In this document: positions 51,949-61,297 of the stretch, piece by piece
Layout: each line of letters opens with the position of its first letter
Numbering within the stretch: position 1 is the stretch's first letter
NCBI GenBank assembly: GCA_964512485.1
Contig: CAZEHJ010000001.1
Coordinates: 15,523 to 79,522 of the forward strand
Reading direction: 5' to 3'
DNA: 64,000 nucleotides
Source of the DNA: an uncultured Rhodothermales bacterium
GTDB taxonomy: Bacteria > Bacteroidota > Rhodothermia > Rhodothermales > UBA10348
The notes under the pieces: model-generated
Told to the model about the DNA's origin: nothing
The model's input: only the letters and a program-made list of their open reading frames with translations
Database searches by the model: none
Program-made: the position numbers and the translations under genes

Positions 51949-54042
51949 ATGATTCGGGCATTCATTCTTTCAATCGTTTTATCCGTGTTTCTGGGGAGGG
52001 CCGACGGTGCCAGAGCCCAGACCTTTTCAGATCAATCGTCTCTGCTCAACAGCCAGGACGAAACTCTGCACGGAGCCTGGGGAGCCAGTATCGCGGATAT
52101 GGACGGAAACGGGTTGCCTGATATTTACGAACCCGGCATTCTGTATCTGCAGCAGGAAGATGGGTCATTTGTCTCATCGCTGCCGGACCTGGGTATTAAG
52201 GTCACAACGACCGCTATCGGAGCCACGACGGTTGTGGATTGGGGGGAGAAAATATTCGGGTCGGTGATGGCCGACGTTGATGATGATGGATTCTCCGAGA
52301 TGGTTGTCATGGATCTCACCGCGGACAGCTCCCATTTCTATAAAGGGCGCTATGGCTTGCGACTCGACGAAGTGGGGCCGGACGTCGGGATTGTTTTCAA
52401 GGGCCTGGGTCAGGGGTCGACGTTTGCCGATTTGAATGGTGATGGTCCAATCGATCTGTTTTTTGGCGAGGAGCGCGGTGCCAACCAGCTGTTCCTTGGT
52501 GACGGAACGGGCATGTTTTCCGAGTCCACGGCTACCGCCGGTATCTCCCACATCGTCCAGACCTACGGTGTTGCCGCGGCTGATTACGATAACGATGGGG
52601 ATCTGGACATTTTCATTGCCGCCTGTTCGCAGGCCGACCCCCTCAAGAGTATAAATCTTCTTTTTCGCAATCGCGGAGACGGGACGTTCGAAGAAGTTGG
52701 TGCCGAAGCCGGTATCAATGACAACGGTGCGGCGTGGGGAATATCGTGGTTGGACTACGATCAGGATGGCTTTTATGACGCCTACGTGGCAAACATGCTC
52801 ATCATTGGTGGACGGGCCGGATACAACAAGCTCTATCGCAACAAGGGCGACGGTACGTTTGAAGATGTGAGTCTCGCAGCCGGCGTACGAGGTGATTCAG
52901 CCAGTTTCAGTTTTGGATCATCTGTCGCCGATTTCGACAATGACGGCCTGATTGATATCTACGTGGCCAACAACATTGCGCCGCCCAATATGTACAGAAA
53001 CAACGGAGACGGTACGTTTACGGACGTGTACCTGCAGTCTGGACTATTCGATCTCCCCCAGAATTTCTCCGTTGCTGTGGCGGATCTCAACGACGATGGT
53101 TGGATCGACATATACACCGGCGCGGACCGCAATCCATTGAGTCGCATTTTCATGAATGATGGAGGAACCGGTGGCTTTCTGAAGGTCAATCTCATTCAGG
53201 AAGCTCCAAATCGGAATGCTATTGGTGCGCGTATTGAGGCGTGGAACAATGGTGTCCGGCAGATGCGCGATATCACCTCCGGAGATGGCTTCACGAGTCA
53301 GAATATGGCGCATACTGCCCATTTTGGTGTCGGAAACCACCAATCAGTTGACTCTCTTATTGTCAGGTGGCCGGACGGCAGCACCGACGTTCATCGTGAT
53401 ATTGCGCGAAACTCGAAATTGTGGCTGCAAAAAGGAGGGACCATCAACGAGCCCCCTGGCGCATTCAGAGCCTTGACGATCGTCACAAAGCAGGCGGGTA
53501 AGCGCGTAACCGGATACGCCACTTGGGAGCCGTCCGTCGATCCTGAGGGCCAGCAGATAGCTTACAAGGTCGCCGTGCGTGATCCCTCGGGCTCCATCAT
53601 TCACGAAAGCGAGCCTCTTTCAGGCACAGAGTATACGTTCGACGTGGGCGACCCGACCGCCGGCGGTGGTGACTATCGATTTATTGTCACAGCCACAGAT
53701 GGGATACACCATCGAAGGTCAGTCAACACGGGAGGTGCCCTTATCGAGGGCACGTCGACTCACTCCGTGGAAGTACCTGAGTCGTTTTCTGTTCGATCTT
53801 TATACCCTCAACCTGCCCCGAATGTGCTGAATGTGGATATAGACCTTCGTCGAAGGGGGGCGCTGCAGTGGGAAATCTCGAATCTGGTCGGACGAACGGT
53901 CCTCAACGGGCGCCATGACGCCTCCACTTCGGGCGTGTCCTTGTTGCAATTGGATGTGTCGGGGCTGGCAGCAGGCATCTACGGCTTGACCCTCAGCACA
54001 GATGAGCTTGTCGAACGAAGAACGCTCGTTATTGCGCGCTGA
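51949..54042 (+). CDS. CRTAC1/ASPIC-UnbV family FG-GAP (VCBS) repeat protein with T9SS C-terminal domain
   Basis: 697 aa with a signal peptide. Seven Ca-binding-like repeats (DMDGNGLPDIY, DLNGDGPIDLFFG, DYDNDGDLDIFIA, DFDNDGLIDIYVAN...). UnbV_ASPIC motif SGDGFTSQN...VRWPDGS. Por-like tail ...GIYGLTLSTDELVERRTLVIAR. Confidence 0.8.
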   Translation: MIRAFILSIVLSVFLGRADGARAQTFSDQSSLLNSQDETLHGAWGASIADMDGNGLPDIYEPGILYLQQEDGSFVSSLPDLGIKVTTTAIGATTVVDWGEKIFGSVMADVDDDGFSEMVVMDLTADSSHFYKGRYGLRLDEVGPDVGIVFKGLGQGSTFADLNGDGPIDLFFGEERGANQLFLGDGTGMFSESTATAGISHIVQTYGVAAADYDNDGDLDIFIAACSQADPLKSINLLFRNRGDGTFEEVGAEAGINDNGAAWGISWLDYDQDGFYDAYVANMLIIGGRAGYNKLYRNKGDGTFEDVSLAAGVRGDSASFSFGSSVADFDNDGLIDIYVANNIAPPNMYRNNGDGTFTDVYLQSGLFDLPQNFSVAVADLNDDGWIDIYTGADRNPLSRIFMNDGGTGGFLKVNLIQEAPNRNAIGARIEAWNNGVRQMRDITSGDGFTSQNMAHTAHFGVGNHQSVDSLIVRWPDGSTDVHRDIARNSKLWLQKGGTINEPPGAFRALTIVTKQAGKRVTGYATWEPSVDPEGQQIAYKVAVRDPSGSIIHESEPLSGTEYTFDVGDPTAGGGDYRFIVTATDGIHHRRSVNTGGALIEGTSTHSVEVPESFSVRSLYPQPAPNVLNVDIDLRRRGALQWEISNLVGRTVLNGRHDASTSGVSLLQLDVSGLAAGIYGLTLSTDELVERRTLVIAR

Positions 54043-54802
54043 GCTGTCCGGTTTCGGCCGCGATCAAGTACTGATTCAGCTCTTCACGGACGATATTCAG
54101 AAGACCGTCGAAGTGACCGAGGCGCAGTCTCACGTTTTCAAAATCTTCTGCTCGACCCAATCCTTCCAGCTCCCTGCAGCATTCTGCGAGTTTCTGGGCA
54201 CCCAGAACGGCGCTCGCGGCTTTGAGTGAATGTGCTGCCTGGCGAACGGCATCACCGTCGGAGTTCTGAAGGCCAGCGTGGATGTTGGAACGTGTCTTCG
54301 AAGCTTCTGTCAGGAAATCCGTGAGGATTTCCTTGAAGAACTCCATGTCCCCGTCGCCGATATTTTCCAGGAACGCATTCATGATCTCTGGATTGATTCC
54401 TTCTGGCTTATCGCTGTAAAAAGCTGGCTTCAGGAACCGATCCAAGCATGCCCGCACCTGGTCGAGGGTGAACGGCTTGCTGATGAAACCGTCCATTCCG
54501 GCGTCAATGCAGTTGCGCTCATCCTTAGGTTCGACGTTTGCTGTCAGCGCGACAATCGGTATTCTGGGTCCACTGACTTCCATCGCACGGATCGTTTTCG
54601 CAGCAGTGATACCATCCATTACCGGCATCATCATGTCCATGAAAACCAGATCGTAATTACCATTTTCCACGGCCTCGACGGCCAATTGTCCGTTTTCAAC
54701 CGCATCGATTTCGTATCCGAGACGGGAAATCATGCGAACAACAACCTTCTGATTAACAGGGTTGTCTTCGGCAAGCAGAATATGTCGTGCAGAATTTGTC
54801 AT
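54029..54802 (-). CDS. Response-regulator receiver domain fused to an HPt phosphotransfer domain
   Basis: Start taken at MTNSARHILLAEDNPVNQK. REC motifs DLVFMDMMMPVMDG and ALTAN. C-terminal HPt AAHSLKAASAVLGA. The longer ORF-track start would overlap ccmF. Confidence 0.8.
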   Translation of the reverse strand: MTNSARHILLAEDNPVNQKVVVRMISRLGYEIDAVENGQLAVEAVENGNYDLVFMDMMMPVMDGITAAKTIRAMEVSGPRIPIVALTANVEPKDERNCIDAGMDGFISKPFTLDQVRACLDRFLKPAFYSDKPEGINPEIMNAFLENIGDGDMEFFKEILTDFLTEASKTRSNIHAGLQNSDGDAVRQAAHSLKAASAVLGAQKLAECCRELEGLGRAEDFENVRLRLGHFDGLLNIVREELNQYLIAAETGQLSAQ

Positions 54803-54894
54803 CGCTTTATTGTCCGAAGCGACACATTTGTGTTTTCTGATGTGCCCTTCTGAAGAGTTTATCGGCAGTAGAAGGGGCTTTGATAAGTAAAAAA

Positions 54895-54908
54895 GGAAAA
54901 TCATTTCC
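54895..54908 (-). terminator. AT-rich terminator-like hairpin just after ccmF
   Basis: On the minus strand, ggaaa-tgat-tttcc is followed by tttttt, 14 nt after the ccmF stop. Confidence 0.45.
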
Positions 54909-54921
54909 CTTTTTTTCGGAC

Positions 54922-57369
54922 TCAGGCTGCTGTCCGTTTTCCTGCAATTCTCAAATCGACCGATCGGCGATAAACCGAAAGCGCAAATCCCAGCGAAAGG
55001 AAGATGAAACCGATCCAAACAAGGCTGATAAACGGTTTTTCGTAAGCCTGAACGACCAGCCAATCTTCTGGTGCCATGGCGACTCCTTGAATGGCGAGAT
55101 TAATGGATCCAGAATCCACATTCATTCCCGTGAACGCTACAGTAATGTCCCATTCCGTCAGCGTATTCTGAACATAATCCACCGATCTGTCTGATCGAAT
55201 AATGTAAACAGGACTCATTTGCCTCGTCTCACCCGAGGCAATGTGGGTGAGTCTGAGGTTTGCACCCACAGCGACTTCCGTCGAATCGCCCAGAAATTCC
55301 TCATCAACTTCAAGGTCGAATTCGACAAACTCGATTATGTATTCATTGTCACCTACGATGCTGGAATCTCCTCTGGCAATCGTTATCTGCCCGCTGTCAT
55401 TTTGCGTCCCGAACATGACACTGGGAGATACCGCGACGAAGATATCCTTGTCGAAATAGGTCTTCAGATCCGGATTTTGGATCCACTGACCTCGATTTGA
55501 CTCGTAGGCGACGGGGGCCATTTCGAATTCATGACCGTTTGGATCAACAAAATCGAGGAGGTAGGTCGGAAGGCCTTCTTCATCCACTCCATGACCTGAA
55601 TAGGTAATCTGGTATCCCTGTTCAACGCGAGTTTCCCCGAGAGCCAGTATGAAATTCTCCCGACTGTCTCCGATCTGGGCGCCGTTGCGTCCTATGGGAT
55701 TGCTCAAGCCGCTTGAAGCGACTATTCCGAGCACCATAACAGCAAATCCAATATGCGAGGCAGCGCCGCCAGCGAGGCGCAGGTTGCCGCGGGCGATCTT
55801 CCACATCACTTCGCCATTGCCATAGAGAGCAAAAAAGGCTACAAACACCAGTATCAACATCAGCAGATATGGTCCGTGTTGCGACCAGGTATCCATAAGC
55901 GAGGCAAACATGCCCGCCTGATTCAACGCGTCACTCCCGGTGTCTGCAAATGCAGCCGCTTCAGCAGCGCGCAGGCGAAATGGCGTCAGGAAAAACACAG
56001 CAATCGTTGAGATCGAAGCCAGCACAATGGGCCTGAAAAGCACCTTGTTGACGGTTTCCACGTTCATCTTATTCCACCAGAACAACTGTCCCAGGCCTGC
56101 CAGAAACAGGAAGATGATGGTCAACGGAAGAGACCACTTGTTGTAAAAAGCGATGGGAACGGTTGAGGGGCTATCCCTGAAAAGTCGGCCCATAATGGGT
56201 GTGCTGGTTCCCAGAAGCACGACCAGGGCGACCGCAGTGAGAATCATTGCGCCCAGGAAGATCATGAACTCCCGAGAAAGCACTTCAGGTTCATGGGTCG
56301 GCTTAGGCAATTCATTCATGCGCAGGAAGAACAATCCAAACCCTAGAATGGCCATTGTCAGAATCCACAGGAGCAGCTGATTGTACAGCCCGAGATCAAC
56401 AAACGAATGGACCGAAATATCGCCAAGGATTCCACTTCGAGTGAGGAACGTGGAATAAACGACCAGGATGTACGCGAGGATTGTGAGGAACAGTGCCGCT
56501 TTGTGACTGTGCCCCGAGCGTTTCTGCACAATCATGGTGTGTACAGCCGCAATCCCGATGAGCCACGGAACGAGAGACGAATTTTCGACGGGATCCCAGG
56601 CCCAGTATCCGCCGAAATTCAGCGTGATGTACGCCCAGTATCCGCCGAGTGCGATACCGACTCCCAGGGCCAGAACAGCGAAAAGAGACCAGGGGAGGGC
56701 AGGGCGAACCCACTCGGTGTAGCGCCTTTTCCAGAGGGCCGTAACCGCAAACGCGAACGGCACAATCATGGAAGCAAATCCCGAAAACAATATCGGAGGG
56801 TGAATCACCATCCAGTAATTTTGAAGGAGATCATTCAACCCCTGTCCGTCTGTCGGAATAATACCCGCCTGGATCATTGGCGCAGTTGGGAATTTTTCCA
56901 CGAGCGTAGCAAAAGGAGACGCTCCGATGGGGATAGAACCGATCTGCAATCCGGCGATCATAGTGATGAGAAACACCTGGCAAAGGGCTATTACCGCCAT
57001 TACCGGGGATTCATATTCCCGTGCAAACTTCATCACCGCCACTCCTACGAGGGAGTTCATCACGATCCAGAGAAGAAAAGATCCTTCCTGCCCGGCCCAG
57101 CTCGCCGCTACCAGATAGTCGAGAGGAAGTGCCAGTGACGTGTTTTCATACACGTAGGCGTACTCGAATGCGTGAGTGACGTTGAGATACATCAACAGGC
57201 CGAACGAGGCCAGAGTACCAACAGTCAATACACCCCATGAATAGCGACCGATCCTCTTCCACTCCAACACACGGTCGTCCAGCCTGGATGAGCGCAGGAA
57301 GGTGAGACCGGAAAGAATTCCGGCAACCATTGAAATCAAGATGAGCAGCTTGCCTATGGTTCCAATCAT
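54922..57369 (-). CDS. ccmF: Cytochrome c-type biogenesis heme lyase CcmF-like protein
   Basis: WWD motif GGYWAWDPVENSSLVPWLIGIAAVHTMIVQKR..., then TFLTRSG as in CcmF/NrfE. About 15 TM helices and a large periplasmic C-terminal domain. Start chosen at MIGTIGKLLIL (57369); the ORF-track start is 57435. Confidence 0.8.
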   Translation of the reverse strand: MIGTIGKLLILISMVAGILSGLTFLRSSRLDDRVLEWKRIGRYSWGVLTVGTLASFGLLMYLNVTHAFEYAYVYENTSLALPLDYLVAASWAGQEGSFLLWIVMNSLVGVAVMKFAREYESPVMAVIALCQVFLITMIAGLQIGSIPIGASPFATLVEKFPTAPMIQAGIIPTDGQGLNDLLQNYWMVIHPPILFSGFASMIVPFAFAVTALWKRRYTEWVRPALPWSLFAVLALGVGIALGGYWAYITLNFGGYWAWDPVENSSLVPWLIGIAAVHTMIVQKRSGHSHKAALFLTILAYILVVYSTFLTRSGILGDISVHSFVDLGLYNQLLLWILTMAILGFGLFFLRMNELPKPTHEPEVLSREFMIFLGAMILTAVALVVLLGTSTPIMGRLFRDSPSTVPIAFYNKWSLPLTIIFLFLAGLGQLFWWNKMNVETVNKVLFRPIVLASISTIAVFFLTPFRLRAAEAAAFADTGSDALNQAGMFASLMDTWSQHGPYLLMLILVFVAFFALYGNGEVMWKIARGNLRLAGGAASHIGFAVMVLGIVASSGLSNPIGRNGAQIGDSRENFILALGETRVEQGYQITYSGHGVDEEGLPTYLLDFVDPNGHEFEMAPVAYESNRGQWIQNPDLKTYFDKDIFVAVSPSVMFGTQNDSGQITIARGDSSIVGDNEYIIEFVEFDLEVDEEFLGDSTEVAVGANLRLTHIASGETRQMSPVYIIRSDRSVDYVQNTLTEWDITVAFTGMNVDSGSINLAIQGVAMAPEDWLVVQAYEKPFISLVWIGFIFLSLGFALSVYRRSVDLRIAGKRTAA

Positions 57370-58009
57370 AACCGGATGTATTGGTTCGAGGATCTGGTTG
57401 CAACAAGATAGACCTGCAACGCCTCGAGGTAGCATGTGGATCGCGGTCCTTTCCTGTATTCATGCTTTTTTGAAGACTGCATAATCGACCCAAAACGCCA
57501 TGGACGATGGGTTTCAGGTAAATTCGTACTGTACTTCTCAGAGATGATAGCTGTGGCGGGCCGGGTTACAAGGGTGATCCTGGACGGCGGGGACAAGAGA
57601 GATGTCGGCCACAGAGAAGTGGAAAAACAGGGCACAAAAAAAGGCTCGCCCCGCCTCAAGAGTAGAAGAATCTCCTTATCCCACATTAATGGGTACCGCT
57701 CAGTCTCTTTCGATGTCCCCTGTCGCGAGTTCGTAAAAAAACGCGTCCTGATGAATCAGGTGGGGCCTGCCGTCCGAGCCCGAAGGAGGGCTCCCTACAA
57801 GAAATTGTTAGATTCTTATCGTGTTGAAGCGGGCCGTGCCCATTCCCTAGATACGGCGGATCCTGAAATCGTGCAAACCAATTCCGTCAGAACACGTGCT
57901 CTATTTCGTCTCAGGTGATCCCCTGAATCGGGAAAGGAGATACCTTACATGGGCTTTTCATGAGAAAAAAGTAGCCAGATGGTGCTCGTCAAGACCCGGA
58001 GAAAATGTC

Positions 58010-58303
58010 TCAGGACAGTAGAGCTTTAGAAAGTTTTTTCTCAAGATTGGTCAAAACGTCATTAACGTGTTCACCAGGATCCATGCCGCTGGCTCGCTCG
58101 ACGAACAATTCTTCCGTAATGGCGAGCGCGCTGATGACGGCAGCAGTCAGATCTGATTGTTCAGGATGAGCCTGTTTAAATGCTCTCAGTTTCGTGTCCA
58201 GGTACTCTGCCATTTCCAGCGTGGCAAGTTCGTCATCTTCCGAAACTCGCAGCGTGTAGTCCTTTCCAAGGAGACGGACCTTTAAGGGTGTGCTTTCAGA
58301 CAT
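58010..58303 (-). CDS. zapA: Cell division protein ZapA
   Basis: Start at MSESTPLKVRLLGKDYTLRV... LTAAVISALAITEELF is the typical ZapA core. Confidence 0.8.
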   Translation of the reverse strand: MSESTPLKVRLLGKDYTLRVSEDDELATLEMAEYLDTKLRAFKQAHPEQSDLTAAVISALAITEELFVERASGMDPGEHVNDVLTNLEKKLSKALLS

Positions 58304-58310
58304 GGTCTTT

Positions 58311-58694
58311 TCAGGCAGTTGATTCAGTGTCAGTCGATTCTTCGCGTTCGATATAGCCATCGATGACGGCTATGTAGGTTTCCAGCTGCGAGCGAAGGTC
58401 GGATGGGCCTTCGTTGAACACGACAGCTGTTCCGTCAGGAGCCTCGATGGACCGACTTTTCAACACCTCAATTTCTTTGTGCAGGGCATGGTTTTCAGTC
58501 CGAAGTCGTTTCAACTCCTTAACCGCCATGTCAATGCGGCTGCGGAGCCTCTCCAACGCTCGCGTACCCTTGAGATGGGTGGGCCCTTTTTTCTTGGTCT
58601 TTTTTCCCTTTGAAGTCTTCGGGTCGCCGGGCGAAAACATGTTCTGCTGTCCCGGAAGTTCTTCGGTCGGGATACCCTGTTCCTCGGAAGCCAT
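58311..58694 (-). CDS. Coiled-coil protein upstream of zapA (possible ZapB-like division factor)
   Basis: 127 aa. Lys-rich N-terminus, then the heptad segment LERLRSRIDMAVKELKRLRTENHALHKEIEVLKSR. 7-nt gap to zapA. Confidence 0.5.
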   Translation of the reverse strand: MASEEQGIPTEELPGQQNMFSPGDPKTSKGKKTKKKGPTHLKGTRALERLRSRIDMAVKELKRLRTENHALHKEIEVLKSRSIEAPDGTAVVFNEGPSDLRSQLETYIAVIDGYIEREESTDTESTA

Positions 58695-58763
58695 GATGTC
58701 AAGAATCGATTGTCAGACTATGAAGACGTCTCGCAAGAAGTCTCTTTCCAGAATATAGTACTG

Positions 58764-61244
58764 TTATCGAAGTTTGGCACCAAATTCTGACTCAAGAACT
58801 TTGAGTACTTTGGCAACAACCTTTTCCACATCCTTGTCCCGCAAGGTTCGGTCGGCCCCGAGTCGCATGCCGAACGCGATGCTCTTCTCGTCCTCAGCTA
58901 CGTGCTCGCCCTCATAAAGATCGAAGACCGATACATGCTTCAACAGCGGCTGACCCGCTTGTCTGATTGCCTGAAGCATGGGTCCGGCGGGTTGCGCGCG
59001 ATCCACAACAACAGCAATATCGCGTTCTACGACAGGGAATCTGCTGACGGCCTGGAATCTCGCGCGTACCGCACCGCCTGCGAGATCGCAAATCGTAGTC
59101 CAGTCGAGTTCTGCGACGACCGCTCCCTCTCGAACCGAAAATCGCTCGGAGACTTCCTCGTTCACACGAAGAATGCTGCCCAAAAAGCGTTTCCCGGAGA
59201 ACACTCCAACGCCATAGGAAGCGATGTTGTCAGATTCCGACTCGACATAGCGAATATCCTGAACTCCGACCGACGTCAGGATCAGGTCCACAGCTCCCTT
59301 TACATCATACAGGTCGGCATCGCGGGCACCCGCATACCAACCTTGCTCTGACCACGTGCCCGCAATACCCACGATGAGCGTTTCGATTTCGGTATAGTCG
59401 CCAACCATGGTCAAATTGGTCTGGCGTTTTGTATGTACTCGACCGAATTCGAAGAGCTTGATGGCCGTTTGACCGTGGTTCTGGTTGTGACCGATCACTT
59501 TCAGCATGCCCGGAAGCAGGGATGGGCGCAGCGCGGCCATTTCCGTCGTGATAGGATTCAGCGTTTCGACAACTTCGCCTTTAAACCTTCCGGCCGGAAG
59601 GGAAGCAGCATTGAAGGACAGTGCGGTTTCCTGGGGAAGCATTGAGTTGGTGTACACCTCCCTGAATCCCGCACCAGACAGGATGTCGCGAGCACGCTCG
59701 CGTAACTGCCGAACGATCGTCATTCCCGGCGTGAAATTCGGAAGACGTGAATGAGTTGGTTCTGGAATGTTATCGTATCCGAAGAGCCGTGCGATTTCTT
59801 CAATCACATCGATCTCGCGTTCCACATCAGGTCTGAAAGAAGGAACTGTGACATCCCACACGCGAGGGCTCGCGGACGTTTCTGATACGCCAAACCCGAT
59901 CGCCTTGAGAAGGCGGACCATTTCACCGTCATCAATATGTGTCCCGACGATATCGACGGCTCGGGAAGCTCTTACGGAAATTACCGCAGGTTCGTATTTA
60001 ACAGGATGGGTATCGACCATTCCATCAACTATCTGTCCGCCCGCCAATTCTACCATGAGGTCAGCCGCACGCTTTGCGGCCCATGCCTGTCCCTCTGCGT
60101 CAATACCGCGCTCGAATCGATACGAGGCGTCCGTCTGAAGGCCCAGCGCCTTTGCAGTTCTTCTGATGTTCGATGGTTCGAAGTACGCGCTTTCAATCAG
60201 GACATTTACAGTTGAGTCGGTCACTTCAGAATTTTCACCACCCATCACGCCCGCAATCGCGACCTCGCGTTCACCGTCACAAATCATCAGTGTACCATCG
60301 GGTAATTCGCGCTCTTTCGAGTCGAGCGTTGTGAATTTGGATTCTCCGCTCGTCTTGCGAACAATTATTTCGCCGCCTGCTACCTGATCAAAATCGAACG
60401 CGTGAAGCGGTTGACCGCATTCGTACATCACGTAGTTGGTTATGTCAACGATGTTGTTTCGCGGGCGCAGTCCGATGGTGAGCAATCTCTGTTTCAACCA
60501 AAACGGTGATTCCTTTATTTCCACTCCCCGAACCAAAATGCCTACGTATCTGTGGCATTCCTGACTCGCTTGGATCGAGACCTTCACGCTCTCGTTTACC
60601 GTGCCACCACTCTCAGGTATCTGTACTTCCGGGACCTTGACGATGGTCTCAGTCAGCGCTGCTACGTCACGTGAGATCCCGATGTGGCTGATGGCATCCG
60701 GACGGTTCGGAGTAATGGCGATATCAATGGCATTGTCTGAAGCAACCATATCTCTGAAAGCCAGATAGTCACTGAAGGAGGATCCGATTTCTGCTGAATC
60801 ATCCAGAACCATGATGCCGTCATGGGCCGCGCCCAATTCCAGTTCGTCTTCGGCGCAGATCATTCCGTGGCTCTCCTGACCGCGGATCTTCGCCTTTTTC
60901 ATCTTCACCGGAACCCGTTCGTCCGGATTTTCTCGCGATGGCAGATTCAGAATCGTCCCAATCGTGGCCACGGCGACCTTTTGACCCGCAGCCACATTCG
61001 GCGCTCCACATACGATGTTAAGGGGCTCTTCGCCTCCTGTATCGACCGTGCACACGGACAGACGATCTGCATCAGGATGCTTCTCGGCAGACAGGACATG
61101 TCCGACGACGACACCGTTCAGGTCACTGCCTGTCGCGTCGACGGATTCAACTTCGAGGCCACACATGGTCAACTTTTCGGCCAGGTCATCGGTCGAAAGA
61201 GAATGATCAACGTAATCAGCGAGCCAGTTTGTACTGATAATCAT
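58764..61244 (-). CDS. pheT: Phenylalanine--tRNA ligase beta subunit
   Basis: 826 aa. N-terminus MIISTNWLADYV, the tRNA-binding OB domain (VVGHVLSAEKHPDADRLSVCTVD), and B3_4, B5 and FDX-ACB-like C-terminal domains. Confidence 0.95.
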   Translation of the reverse strand: MIISTNWLADYVDHSLSTDDLAEKLTMCGLEVESVDATGSDLNGVVVGHVLSAEKHPDADRLSVCTVDTGGEEPLNIVCGAPNVAAGQKVAVATIGTILNLPSRENPDERVPVKMKKAKIRGQESHGMICAEDELELGAAHDGIMVLDDSAEIGSSFSDYLAFRDMVASDNAIDIAITPNRPDAISHIGISRDVAALTETIVKVPEVQIPESGGTVNESVKVSIQASQECHRYVGILVRGVEIKESPFWLKQRLLTIGLRPRNNIVDITNYVMYECGQPLHAFDFDQVAGGEIIVRKTSGESKFTTLDSKERELPDGTLMICDGEREVAIAGVMGGENSEVTDSTVNVLIESAYFEPSNIRRTAKALGLQTDASYRFERGIDAEGQAWAAKRAADLMVELAGGQIVDGMVDTHPVKYEPAVISVRASRAVDIVGTHIDDGEMVRLLKAIGFGVSETSASPRVWDVTVPSFRPDVEREIDVIEEIARLFGYDNIPEPTHSRLPNFTPGMTIVRQLRERARDILSGAGFREVYTNSMLPQETALSFNAASLPAGRFKGEVVETLNPITTEMAALRPSLLPGMLKVIGHNQNHGQTAIKLFEFGRVHTKRQTNLTMVGDYTEIETLIVGIAGTWSEQGWYAGARDADLYDVKGAVDLILTSVGVQDIRYVESESDNIASYGVGVFSGKRFLGSILRVNEEVSERFSVREGAVVAELDWTTICDLAGGAVRARFQAVSRFPVVERDIAVVVDRAQPAGPMLQAIRQAGQPLLKHVSVFDLYEGEHVAEDEKSIAFGMRLGADRTLRDKDVEKVVAKVLKVLESEFGAKLR

Positions 61245-61297
61245 GTCAGAAAAAACGTCAGTTTGTTTGCAGTTTGTTCAGCGAATCAGTGGAGTTC

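Noticed and set aside
54803-55063. Long N-terminal extension of the REC-HPt ORF
   Set aside because: It would overlap the 3' end of ccmF by about 140 nt and adds no domain. The REC domain begins right after the Met at 54802.
57436-57918. 160-aa plus-strand ORF filling the zapA-ccmF gap
   Set aside because: It is Arg-rich with low-complexity composition and no recognisable motif. It runs antisense to the surrounding transcription direction and has no ribosome-binding context. I treat the region as non-coding.
57370-58009. RNase P RNA, tmRNA or SRP RNA in the long gap
   Set aside because: I looked on both strands for the conserved cores: GGAAAGTCCGG and ACAGAANCCGGCTTA for RNase P, a tRNA-like 3' end ...TCCACCA for tmRNA, and GGAAGCAGC-type domain IV for SRP. 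None was present.
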